From assembly GCA_024626585.2 (NCBI GenBank), contig JANKJI020000001.1:8498166-8519564 (forward strand): a DNA stretch of 21,399 bases, in the 5' to 3' direction. The translations under genes were made by a program, and so were the position numbers. The notes under the pieces were generated by a model that had not been told where the DNA came from, searched no databases, and worked only from the letters and a program-made list of their open reading frames with translations. Numbering within the stretch: position 1 is the stretch's first letter; every line of letters starts with the position of its first letter. Below are positions 11,668 to 21,399 of the stretch, piece after piece. This DNA comes from Ginkgo biloba. Taxonomy: Eukaryota > Plantae > Ginkgophyta.

Positions 11668-12158
11668 AATTAAGAAAACTAAAAGATAATAAATAATAAA
11701 TTCTAAAATATGAATGTGATGAATGCCTTGGCGAATGTAAGTAAATAATTAAGAAGAATGATGACTTTCATTAAATTCAGTGGCCTATGAATTATAAAAA
11801 TCATAGAATCTTGTTGATGTCTCTAGATGCCTCTATTGATGAATTAAAATGATAGAATGATCCATTCAAATAGACTTTGTTGAGATTTTTAGCATATATG
11901 CAAAACTACCATCATGCACTGTGTTTTGTTTTGGCTTTTTAACTTTTCAACCAACCACTTTAATGATTTTTTTTTTGGCTATTATTNNNNNNNNNNNNNN
12001 NNNNNNNNNNNNNNNNNNNNNNNNNNNNNNNNNNNNNNNNNNNNNNNNNNNNNNNNNNNNNNNNNNNNNNNNNNNNNNNNNNNNNNATCTTTGACTCCCC
12101 TTTAGGGTTTTCTAAGCCATTTTGACTTACTTTGACTTCTCCTTGATCGGGCTTAGAA

Positions 12159-12819
12159 CTAGGATTTCTTGGGCTGTGATAGGAATGCTTGAGTTTGATG
12201 GATGTTAGCATTGCTCTCTTCTTTGGGAATGACAAAATTAAGGGGTCTAACTTTATTGACCTTTACCATTCTCTCCTTAATGGCTATAATAGTTGCCTTT
12301 GCAGTTGCTAAATTGACTAGTACTTTATCCTCTACAACATATCTCATATCTAGATCTAGAAACTCCAAAAACCACTCTTTTTGTACCTCTGTCGTAGGCA
12401 AAGAATTTTGTGCAATGGAGTTCAAGGTTTTTTTCGTATCTAGAGACATAGTGTTTGATGCTCTCTTTGATACCTTTCTTTATGGTAGACAATTCCTTGA
12501 GTAGATTTGTTGTAGTCTTTTCTTGGAGGATCTTTGGTCTGAAGTATTGCATGAGTGTATCCCAACTAGTGACATATCTATTGGGTAAGAACTGGTACCA
12601 TCGCAATACCTCCACTTCAAAAGAATGTATAAATAATCTCACCACCATATTTTCGGAGATCATATTGAAGTTGCCACACATCACAATGAAATTATCCATG
12701 TGATGCTCTCCCATGGGAGAATTGTCTTCTCTAAATTTGGGATAGGCATCCCAGGCTTTGTTAGGAATGCCATCAAGATATTAGCCTAGATTAAGGGGAT
12801 AACTTGTCTATTAAGGCAT
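12159..12819 (-). pseudogene. Decayed Ty3/Gypsy gag (Retrotrans_gag, non-chromovirus Tat/Athila type)
   Basis: ORF 12325-12714 reads HHMDNFIVMC...MVVRLFIHSFEVEVLRWYQFLPNRYVTSWDTLMQYF...LLKELSTIKKGIKESIKHYVSRY. It extends in frame upstream to ATG 12819 (MP**TSYPLNLG*YLDGIPNKAWDAYPKF) and continues after a frameshift near the T-run at ~12428-12434 into ORF 12159-12449 (LNSIAQNSLPTTEVQKEWFLEFLDLDMRYVVEDK). Confidence 0.9.
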
Positions 12820-13200
12820 AGTCGATGCCAATTATGTTGGTAGATTTGGATGAAGAGTAGAAAGAGAAGGATAGGCAACTTTAGATGGAAAGGAGTGGTA
12901 TTAACAAGCAAATGAGCTCTATGGATAGAGAATGATATGGATTATTGATTTGTAGGCCCAATTTTTATTTAGGGACCAAGGTTGTGAGTCTTAACTTCAA
13001 ACAAACCAAGATCAATAGATTTTAGAGCAGAGGATGCTCTTTTGATAGTCATTTGTATTTTCTTCCTATCTTAAAGAGATCTTTGAAAAGGATGGATTGT
13101 GCCTTAAGCTCTATGGGATCTCGTATATGGCCTCCGTATAGTTGTATTACTAGTGCTCTCTATTTCTTTGATTGATGAGCGACTTAAAGACTTTCTGAGT

Positions 13201-13218
13201 TCCCTAGTATGGTCACTA
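13201..13218 (-). promoter_or_regulatory. Degenerate primer-binding site (probably tRNA-Arg type, as in Ogre/Tat)
   Basis: TAGTGACCATACTAGGGA lies 4 nt after the repeat end TCGACA and ~380 bp upstream of gag. It matches the Ogre-type PBS as I recall it (TGGCGACTCTGCTGGGGA) at 12/18, with mostly transition mismatches. No such motif follows copy 1. Confidence 0.6.
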
Positions 13219-13222
13219 GTTT

Positions 13223-15049
13223 TGTCGATGACTATTTTTCGTACTTGATTTATAGAACATGATAAGGATTTATGGCTATAACTCAAAGATGAAAGTACCA
13301 AAATAACATAACAAGAAGGATCCAGGGGGTTATCCATCTTCTAGGGGTAGTTCCGTTATTACTAAATAATAAATAATTATTTGATTGACTTGAGACTATT
13401 TAAATTATTGATAAAAATGTGATATGGATCATGCCANNNNNNNNNNNNNNNNNNNNNNNNNNNNNNNNNNNNNNNNNNNNNNNNNNNNNNNNNNNNNNNN
13501 NNNNNNNNNNNNNNNNNNNNNNNNNNNNNNNNNNNNNNNNNNNNNNNNNNNNNNNNNNNNNNNNNNNNNNNNNNNNNNNNNNNNNNNNNNNNNNNNNNNN
13601 NNNNNNNNNNNNNNNNNNNNNNNNNNNNNNNNNNNNNNNNNNNNNNNNNNNNNNNNNNNNNNNNNNNNNNNNNNNNNNNNNNNNNNNNNNNNNNNNNNNN
13701 NNNNNNNNNNNNNNNNNNNNNNNNNNNNNNNNNNNNNNNNNNNNNNNNNNNNNNNNNNNNNNNNNNNNNNNNNNNNNNNNNNNNNNNNNNNNNNNNNNNN
13801 NNNNNNNNNNNNNNNNNNNNNNNNNNNNNNNNNNNNNNNNNNNNNNNNNNNNNNNNNNNNNNNNNNNNNNNNNNNNNNNNNNNNNNNNNNNNNNNNNNNN
13901 NNNNNNNNNNNNNNNNNNNNNNNNNNNNNNNNNNNNNNNNNNNNNNNNNNNNNNNNNNNNNNNNNNNNNNNNNNNNTTTGGAGGCCATCATGTAACTGTT
14001 GGTAATCTCTTCTTAGTTATACTAATAGGTGGTTGGCATGCAACCTTTTCTTAAAGGTTCTTGTTGCAGTTATAATGGTTACTCTAGGCATGATCATTTT
14101 CCTTATATCTTGTTAGAATCTTCCAAACAAAGGGAAACCTTTCTCTTGCTTCATATTCCTTTTAGGTTTGATGGTTATGTGGTTGTGTCCCAATGGACAG
14201 TTGAGGGGACTACCTCAAAATGGTCCACATCATTGATTCCACTAAGAGATGATTCATGATGCAATGGGATTGATGTGTAAGGTCTACTAGGACCAAGGAA
14301 CTATTATCAGAGGCACTAAGGANNNNNNNNNNGTGACAATTGGTGCTTCAAGATCTTGTCGTAGGCCCACAATTTTACTTTGTTCTTGATCCATTGATGA
14401 TTCAACATCTTTGGATAGATGTTCAGTAGGGTCCAAACAATTGATAAGAGATGTCTTCTCTACATTGGGAATATTAGAGAGATGCTTCTAGGGACCTCCC
14501 TACCTCTAATTCTCTCGAGAGCCCAATAAGTTATTCTTCAAGTTTGTCGACAGGGAGAACTATGACACAATCACCTTCACTAGATGGCATAATTACCACT
14601 TATTCTTTATCGATCCCTTATACCTTTGCTTCCCTGGTGGACTCAAGGAGTTGATCTCCCAAGATAAGGGGCACATTTCCCAAGAACACTAGGATATTAT
14701 TTGTCAATGCGAACTCTATAATTTTATCTCTTGTGTGGGTATTTGAAGGGATAGGAGGTATTTGACGTATGACAAATGTATGATCTTCTCCAGTTATGTG
14801 ATCCAGTTTGGTTTAAATTAGGATCATCTATTGAGACAGGTATTTTAGTAAGAAGATGGGTGAAATCAACGCTTGGATATTTGATTGTGAAGATTTAGTA
14901 AACGATAATGTCTCCAAAATATTTACCTCAACTCTATTCATCAAATTTTGAGCTTATTTGATCAATTGGATGGTTTTTATTTTCTCACCAAGACGAGCTT
15001 CTCTCTCTACCAAAGACTATGATTCCATGGAATTTATTTCTTCTCTCTA
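13223..15049 (-). repeat. Direct repeat copy 2 (LTR-type end ...CATCGACA plus the C-terminal part of the extra ORF)
   Basis: Homologous to 6729-8313 up to the N gap at 15050. It retains ~13430-14155, which copy 1 lacks, and does not carry the solo-LTR. Confidence 0.9.
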
Positions 15050-15879
15050 NNNNNNNNNNNNNNNNNNNNNNNNNNNNNNNNNNNNNNNNNNNNNNNNNNN
15101 NNNNNNNNNNNNNNNNNNNNNNNNNNNNNNNNNNNNNNNNNNNNNNNNNATAACAGTGTGTTTCTTCTGCCCGTTTAAGGGTTTCTTGCTATCATTAGTT
15201 TGATGCAAGGTGGATACGCAAGTGTAGACTTGTTTGTTCTAGATTTGCATCTAAATGGTGGTTCTTCCCATCAATGCCCGCCTTGGCTTTGGCTTCCCAT
15301 TACATTGGCGACAAGTTCTCAATTGAAATTTCTACAGTTCCCCATTTCTCGACTATTGGCGACCCCTTTTCACATAGTAAGGATTCTCTCTCTGGTAGGA
15401 CCTATAGCTTTCTGGTGACATTTCCCATTGTTAATGTTGGCTCCAATTCCAAATCTACTTCTATCTCTTGCCAATTGTTGATCTTTCCTGATAGTTGGCT
15501 ACTCCAGTCGAGGTTTCAGTAGCAAAGGACCTGTGGTGATTGTGCCCCATGGCAGTCTTCTCTGCATTTTGATACTAAAAACCCATTCGAGGTTGGCTTC
15601 CTTCTCCCACCCCTGTTCACTGTTTGGCGGATTCCAATTTGTATGTAAGAAAACCTAGTTTTTGTTTGATTACTAGGTGGTTTTTGGTATTATGTGGTTT
15701 GCTAAAACCCGTTTGATTTTTTGTGTGATTCGATAATATATAATCAGTAGAAATGCATGTATTGTATTCTTTTGATACTCTGCATGGTATTTGGTGATTG
15801 ATGTATTTTCAATTCTTCTTGGTAAGAGCTAGCGTCTTACAGGAAGATATTGTTTCATTGAGTCTGCTAAAGTAGCCAT

Positions 15880-15963
15880 TATGTAAACTACACATTTTTA
15901 TATTTAATATAAATCTTTGTTGGAGGTAGAAATAACCCCTTTTTTCTGACTAAAAAAAAAAAA
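15880..15963 (+). mobile_element. Possible 3' end of a non-LTR retroposon (T-rich tail ending in A12)
   Basis: T-rich UTR-like sequence, aatataaa at ~15906 and an A12 run at 15952-15963. No RT remnant or TSD recognised. Confidence 0.3.
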
Positions 15964-18412
15964 CTATCTCATGCGGTTAGTCCTTAACAATCTTAGCCGA
16001 CATAGGACATTAGTGAGAGTAAATAAACATCGATGAGCACATATCAAATGATGCTTCAATGTTGTCAATATATCGAGAAACTACCTGACACCCTATTCAT
16101 GGAATTACTTAGATTAATTATTGGGGGTAATCATTAGTAATTTAGTATATTGACTGTGACCAACGACTGCCCATAGCCATGTATAGGAGATTTCCTTCCT
16201 TCCTTTATTTTTTATTATCATTGTTGTTATGCATGCATTATTCTAATCTTTGTACGATCCCCTTATGCATCATTCATATGCATTAATGAAAATGTCTTGT
16301 TATTGACTCCCAATGTCTCAATTATTGGTGTGATTGATCTTATACAAGCGATGATCCAATAATATCAATGTTAATCTAGACCCATAGCTTAGGAATATAC
16401 ACTCAACAACTGAAAAGACAAATGACATAAAAAAGACAAATGATTTAACTACCATAGTGTAATAAATACTATTAATTGCTCTTTTGATTGGTTTTTATAA
16501 TATAATAAGTATCATTTATCACTCTTTTTTTACAATAATAACAAATTGATGTACCTACTTGGTGTTGGAGGATTTGATGTCAATATGCAGCAAAAAGGAT
16601 TTGATCAAATCTAAGGGGATAATTCTCTTTCTTCTTCTTTTATGNNNNNNNNNNNNNNNNNNNNNNNNNNNNNNNNNNNNNNNNNNNNNNNNNNNNNNNN
16701 NNNNNNNNNNNNNNNNNNNNNNNNNNNNNNNNNNNNNNNNNNNNTTTCTTTTTCTTTAATTTTCCTTATGTTGTTTTTTCTTGCTACCATGCATATTCTC
16801 ACTTGCATCATAACTCCATTCGTGCACCTATGGGGTCCATCTGTATTCCCTTTGCATAGGTTTAATGTGGGTCATCTTTACCTACCTACAACTATTCTTT
16901 TTTTTTTCTTATTTATCTCCATGCACTAGAGTTAGCACCTTGTTAGTGTGCATGTTTATGCTAGTGTTATGCTTTCCCCTTCTTACTAGGCATCATGCCA
17001 TCGTTCCATGGTGCGTCGTATGATGGAATAGTCCCAATGATAGTGTTACTTTTAACATTTGATCTGGTCATCACAACACCAAACCCCTTTCAAAGCTCCT
17101 CTAACACAGTTGAAAAATGAATCTTTGTACAATGCTGCCACCAATTTTAAATAGTTAGTGTCAACTTGAGTGAAACTGTATTCAAGCTAATTTTGCAGAT
17201 TATTTCGTAATGAAATTAAAATTACATCCAAGGCCGCATCTACTTTCATGTTGAAAATTTCAGGAACATGTTTCACAATGCTCCCTTATTGAAATAAGCA
17301 TATGTACAATTACAAAGTTTATGATGGGCAACTAGTTGGCATTGTGTACAAAAGGTCTGCTTGAACTGCCATAATTAGACAAAGTCCTGGTTTAAATTAC
17401 AATTTGAGAAGGTTTGTGCACCTCGCAAGCACCTTTACTAATCACTCGCCATTGGTGTTCTTATTTATTAGCAATCTTTTCTTTCAAAGAAAATCACATG
17501 CTTTTGAAATACAAATTTGAAAAACAAGTTAATTATGTATGATGTAAGGGACTCTGTGATCAGCATAACAGCATTAGATGTCAAGAACGGTGTGGCTACT
17601 TCTGATTTTCACCACTAGACAGACTCCCCAATGCCTTTATTAGCATTTCAAGTGGTACAAGTAATGAAGTCTGAGAAGACCCATTTCCCACAGTTTCTGA
17701 AAAGAGCATTGATGCTAAGGAAAGTAGTCACACTTACTCAGCCATAAAATCTGGTTGCTTCTTTGCCTTAGAACCATAGGATGCATATGGCATAATTTGT
17801 CCAAAAATGAAGATCACTATATTATCCTGTCATATTTAGTATACACATAAATGATCCTAAANNNNNNNNNNNNNNNNNNNNNNNNNNNNNNNNNNNNNNN
17901 NNNNNNNNNNNNNNNNNNNNNNNNNNNNNNNNNNNNNNNNNNNNNNNNNNNNNNNNNNNNNNNNNNNNNNNNNNNNNNNNNNNNNNNNNNNNNNNNNNNN
18001 NNNNNNNNNNNNNNNNNNNNNNNNNNNNNNNNNNNNNNNNNNNNNNNNNNNNNNNNNNNNNNNNNNNNNNNNNNNNNNNNNNNNNNNNNNNNNNNNNNNN
18101 NNNNNNNNNNNNNNNNNNNNNNNNNNNNNNNNNNNNNNNNNNNNNNNNNNNNNNNNNNNNNNNNNNNNNNNNNNNNNNNNNNNNNNNNNNNNNNNNNNNN
18201 NNNNNNNNNNNNNNNNNNNNNNNNNNNNNNNNNNNNNNNNNNNNNNNNNNNNNNNNNNNNNNNNNNNNNNNNNNNNNNNNNNNNNNNNNNNNNNNNNNNN
18301 NNNNNNNNNNNNNNNNNNNNNNNNNNNNNNNNNNNNNNNNNNNNNNNNNNNNNNNNNNNNNNNNNNNNNNNNNNNNNNNNNNNNNNNNNNNNNNNNNNNN
18401 NNNNNNNNNNNN

Positions 18413-18579
18413 AATGCGTTGGAAATCATTTTGTGCATTCCTCAGCCTTTCTATGTTCAATTTTAAAGTTTCAGGTGTATTTTCTTCATTTGCTGCAACA
18501 GGCCTACTTGCAATTTGCAGTAAGCCTAGGCGTATTAGCGTTCCCATAGAAGTCCACTGGATATCCACTTGAGTTTCAC
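18413..18579 (-). CDS. TCP11: T-complex protein 11 domain protein, last visible exon (runs into N gap)
   Basis: Acceptor TCCAG|GT at 18579, phase 1, matching the previous donor. Encodes GETQVDIQWTSMGTLIRLGLLQIASRPVAANEENTPETLKLNIERLRNAQNDFQRI, with the TCP11 RLGLL and PETLxLNxxRL motifs. Confidence 0.9.
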
Positions 18580-18813
18580 CTGGACATCCAATAAAAAACA
18601 TGGCACAGTCCAGACAGAAGACTTAGAAGCAAATCTATATGCTCCAAAACTATCAAAATATGTTATGCTAATACTTCATACTTTAGACTTAAATGAATAT
18701 GATGCATCATGCCTTAACCATTATTTTCCATATGAATGTTATAAACTAGATTCTAAACCAGCTGGTACTCTAGCACATATTGAAGATTGGAGAAAGGATG
18801 CTTCGAACAACAC

Positions 18814-19171
18814 CTGAAGGAGTTACTGCCGTGGCATTTGCATATGAGGTGGAAACTTCTTTTCCGAATCCCATATGGCTGCCAGTTCTGAATGAGGTAA
18901 CTAGAGGCAAACCCATGGTCATGGAACTTTGTGAACTTGATTGGGTACTCTTGAAGGCTTCTACTGATGCATTAAAATCATCCCTTTCCTCCTCAATGCT
19001 TTGTTTTACTTGAACAAGCCATTGTACTGTTTGAGGGAGATTACTTATAGCCCTGGAGGATGGGCCATAGTGAGCAGTGAATGCCTTTTGCATATACTCC
19101 ACACCAGCAGGTCCCTGAATCAAGGGGGTGAGGGCTCTAATCCGGGCAGAACTTATATCTTGCTTCAGGAC
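18814..19171 (-). CDS. TCP11: T-complex protein 11 domain protein, internal exon
   Basis: Acceptor GACAG|GTC and donor TCAG|GTGTTG (358 nt, phase 0 to 1). Encodes VLKQDISSARIRALTPLIQGPAGVEYMQKAFTAHYGPSSRAISNLPQTVQWL... Confidence 0.9.
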
Positions 19172-19349
19172 CTGTCCATGTCACAACACAATTGCTAATT
19201 ACATGAGAACCCAGAAACAAAATGCTGTTTCTTCCAACTATGGTAATAGAGAAGCATGTTGAGTTTTTCAAGATAGAAAAAATGTATAACACAGAGCAGG
19301 CTGATTTTGTTTAGAAATCCATACCAAATAAAGATACAAAGAAATAGAC

Positions 19350-19580
19350 CTGTATTTGTTCTAAGATGAAGCGAAGACCCTTCACCAGTGCACATGCGAA
19401 GGATAAATTAGACTTGCCACCCATTCCAGCCACTATTTCTGACAATTCTTGGACCAATTTCTCATGAGCAGCTTTCGTATCATTATCGCGTGCTGGTGCG
19501 CCAAGCTTCAACACAACACCCAACGCATAATCCAACAGCTTTGCAAGATATTCCACATCTTGGGTGCCAGACTCCAATAT
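19350..19580 (-). CDS. TCP11: T-complex protein 11 domain protein, internal exon
   Basis: Acceptor TTTAG|ATA and donor CAG|GTCTAT (231 nt). Encodes ILESGTQDVEYLAKLLDYALGVVLKLGAPARD...LVKGLRFILEQIQ, with the conserved LxAPARD and KGLRFxLEQIQ motifs. Confidence 0.93.
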
Positions 19581-19670
19581 CTAAACCAATGACCATCAGT
19601 CAACCGTTAGACAAACAAAGGAAGTCCAAACCCCCCCTGTTGACCAGTTCCACTTGAAGAATAACCTCAC

Positions 19671-19859
19671 CTGAGTAAAGAGTTCTAGATCAATACTTTC
19701 ACGAAGTTCTTGCTTCCAACTTTGAGGAACCAAAGCATCAAGCTCATCCCTGACTTCTTTCACTAGTCCAATAACCTGAGCATAATCAGGTGGATTCCTT
19801 GCAAGTGCTTCGACAACTCCATCCCAAAATGCCTTCTCCATGGTAGACTTGATTTGGGC
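19671..19859 (-). CDS. TCP11: T-complex protein 11 domain protein, internal exon (start of Tcp11 domain)
   Basis: Encodes AQIKSTMEKAFWDGVVEAL...LVKEVRDELDALVPQSWKQELRESIDLELFTQ with the hallmark MEKAFWD. Donor is CAG|GTGAGG; the acceptor is partly hidden by the N gap at 19861 (189 nt, phase 0). Confidence 0.93.
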
Positions 19860-20043
19860 CNNNNNNNNNNNNNNNNNNNNNNNNNNNNNNNNNNNNNNNN
19901 NNNNNNNNNNNNNNNNNNNNNNNNNNNNNNNNNNNNNNNNNNNNNNNNNNNNNNNNNNNNTTTTATTGCTCCCTCATATACCCTATTGGGTAGGATTTCT
20001 TCTTGACTACTTAAAATCATCTTATATAATGATGGGCTAGCTA

Positions 20044-20075
20044 TTTTATTGTTTGTACCTTTTATTGTTTGTACC
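20044..20075. repeat. Perfect 16-bp tandem duplication in intron
   Basis: ttttattgtttgtacc occurs twice in tandem. Confidence 0.85.
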
Positions 20076-20196
20076 TTTCACATAAAATTTATCATGAAAT
20101 AAAGGCTCGAGATTGTTTTGAACTAAAAACAAGGCAATTAACCCACAGATAAGGGATCTATTTCTTTTCTTTTAGACGTTCTGTCAAATTCCTCAC

Positions 20197-20682
20197 CTGA
20201 ATTTCTGCTAGCTTGCCAGAAGCTGTGTTCCTGGCCAAAAGAGAGTCAGGAAATGTTCCACTTGTATCATGGAGCATTTCATTGACAATCCTTTCATTGA
20301 GAACTGCTTTGTCATCATCATTCACCATTTTAACATCTAGTGTTTCTTTAGATTCACAAGTAGTCTTCGACTGGAACAGTGCATTTGAGGAAGCTCCCAA
20401 TCCTAGGTCATTACAGAACAGTAAGCGTGCAATCTTTGGTGGCTTTCCAACAGCTTCTTCTTCTGGTTTTATTTCCTCCAAGCAAGAGGACCTGCCTAAA
20501 GGTGTAGAAGAGTCCGCAACTGAATTCTGAGATGACCCATGAGCCAAAGGTGACGGTTGAGGAATTGCAATCTCCTGCGTTTCTGTACATCTGGACTGAA
20601 TAGCAGGAGCTTCTTTCATCCTTTCTGCACGAGAATTGTCATTCACACACAACAACTTTGCTTGCTGTTCATCATCAGGAAT
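20197..20682 (-). CDS. TCP11: T-complex protein 11 domain protein, first visible exon (gene continues upstream)
   Basis: Acceptor GGTAG|ATT and donor CAG|GTGAGG (486 nt, phase 0). Encodes IPDDEQQAKLL...ARLLF...NERIVNEMLHD, the NExIVNExLH motif that precedes KAFWD in plant TCP11 proteins. Confidence 0.88.
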
Positions 20683-21358
20683 CTACCAGACAAACATGCA
20701 ATAACAAGGTGTTATTTCGATCCTTCAAATTTATAAAATAAATTTAATTTGATATTTCAATTCAAGTTTCATAAAAGCATGTAACCTCTCTCAACACATG
20801 CTTATCCTAAGAGAGGCCAAAATACCTAAGTCACCCTCGATTTCTGATTCACAAAAACTGTCCATGAAGTTCACTAAGGTGAGAGAAAGCATTGGTTCTT
20901 TCATCTTATTTCCTTGTATAAGTGTCTTCCGCAACAATCACAATCCACTTTATTTCACAAATTCAGTTGCACAAATGCAAGAAGTTTATTAACAATATGA
21001 CAACAACAATGACAAGAAAACAAAAGCAAATTAAAAATCTGAGAAAGGTAAGTTTGCTACTGTTGGAGTTAACAAGTATCATGTTTTAGCTCGAGAGCTT
21101 GGAAGGCTAATTATCCATGGAAATGTAACAGTAATTGTAACATTGTGAACAATGTTCTGAATTTTTTGATATGTTCCATTTAGTATGAGATAAGAACTGT
21201 TGTTTTAAGTTGTCTTGTTACTCACAGGAATAGAAAGAGGGACCTTCAATGCTCCCTAAAAGGTGACTTGAAGGTTACTGGGAACACACACTTTGCAATC
21301 TGTTGTGCATAAGTATAATTTTGAGCTTAGTTTTGTAATTAGTTTGAACCAAGGTTAC

Positions 21359-21399
21359 CAGGGTCCGTGGTTGCGGGTGTAGGTGCAGGTGCGGCATTT
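21359..21399 (+). mobile_element. Possible terminus of a hAT-like/MITE DNA transposon inside a TCP11 intron
   Basis: Abrupt switch to GC-rich sequence starting CAGGG, followed by hexamer repeats gcgggt/gtaggt/gcaggt/gcggc that resemble hAT subterminal arrays. Truncated by the window edge. Confidence 0.4.

Larger units (their letters stand above)
6729..15049 (-). mobile_element. Decayed Ty3/Gypsy (Tat/Ogre-like) LTR retrotransposon structure: repeat - PBS - gag - (gap) - PPT-like tract - extra ORF - repeat
   Basis: Two homologous direct repeats with LTR-type ends, a PBS next to the upstream copy, gag downstream of the PBS and a long decayed ORF, all on one strand. The right boundary is lost in the 15050-15149 gap, and no TSD was found. 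Confidence 0.7.

Noticed and set aside
12202-12703. Plus-strand ORFs of 100 and 82 aa
   Set aside because: Antisense shadows of the gag remnant.
15050-17200. Search for the outer end of the upstream LTR (CA followed by a copy of flank GTGCT, 6724-6728)
   Set aside because: No matching TSD and no similarity to 10665-11655 found by eye, so the boundary is left undefined.
18569-20530. Plus-strand ORFs overlapping TCP11 exons
   Set aside because: Antisense shadows of the real minus-strand exons; no recognisable motifs.
1-21399. CRISPR arrays, rRNA/tRNA genes, prokaryotic operon or defence system
   Set aside because: The sequence is intron-containing plant DNA. No regularly spaced repeats or structural RNA genes were recognised.

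Overview
AT-rich eukaryotic (plant, probably gymnosperm-like) genomic DNA from a gapped assembly with many N runs. The right end (18413-20682, minus strand) holds five consecutive coding exons of a plant T-complex protein 11 (TCP11-domain) gene. The splice sites are GT-AG and phase-consistent; the 5' exons lie beyond the window and the C-terminus is probably hidden in the 17862-18412 gap. The left ~16 kb is a field of decayed Ty3/Gypsy LTR retrotransposons, all on the minus strand. At 268-3612 are chromovirus-type remnants: an LTR candidate, a degenerate tRNA-Met PBS, gag, an integrase C-terminus with chromodomain, a PPT and a second LTR candidate. At 6729-15049 is a Tat/Ogre-like structure: two diverged direct repeats ending in ...TC(A/G)ACA, a degenerate PBS, gag, no visible pol, and a long decayed extra ORF that runs into the repeated unit. 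A solo-LTR with a 5-bp TSD interrupts that ORF. The most unusual observation is that the apparent terminal repeats contain protein-coding sequence. All family assignments come from motif recognition by eye, not database searches.
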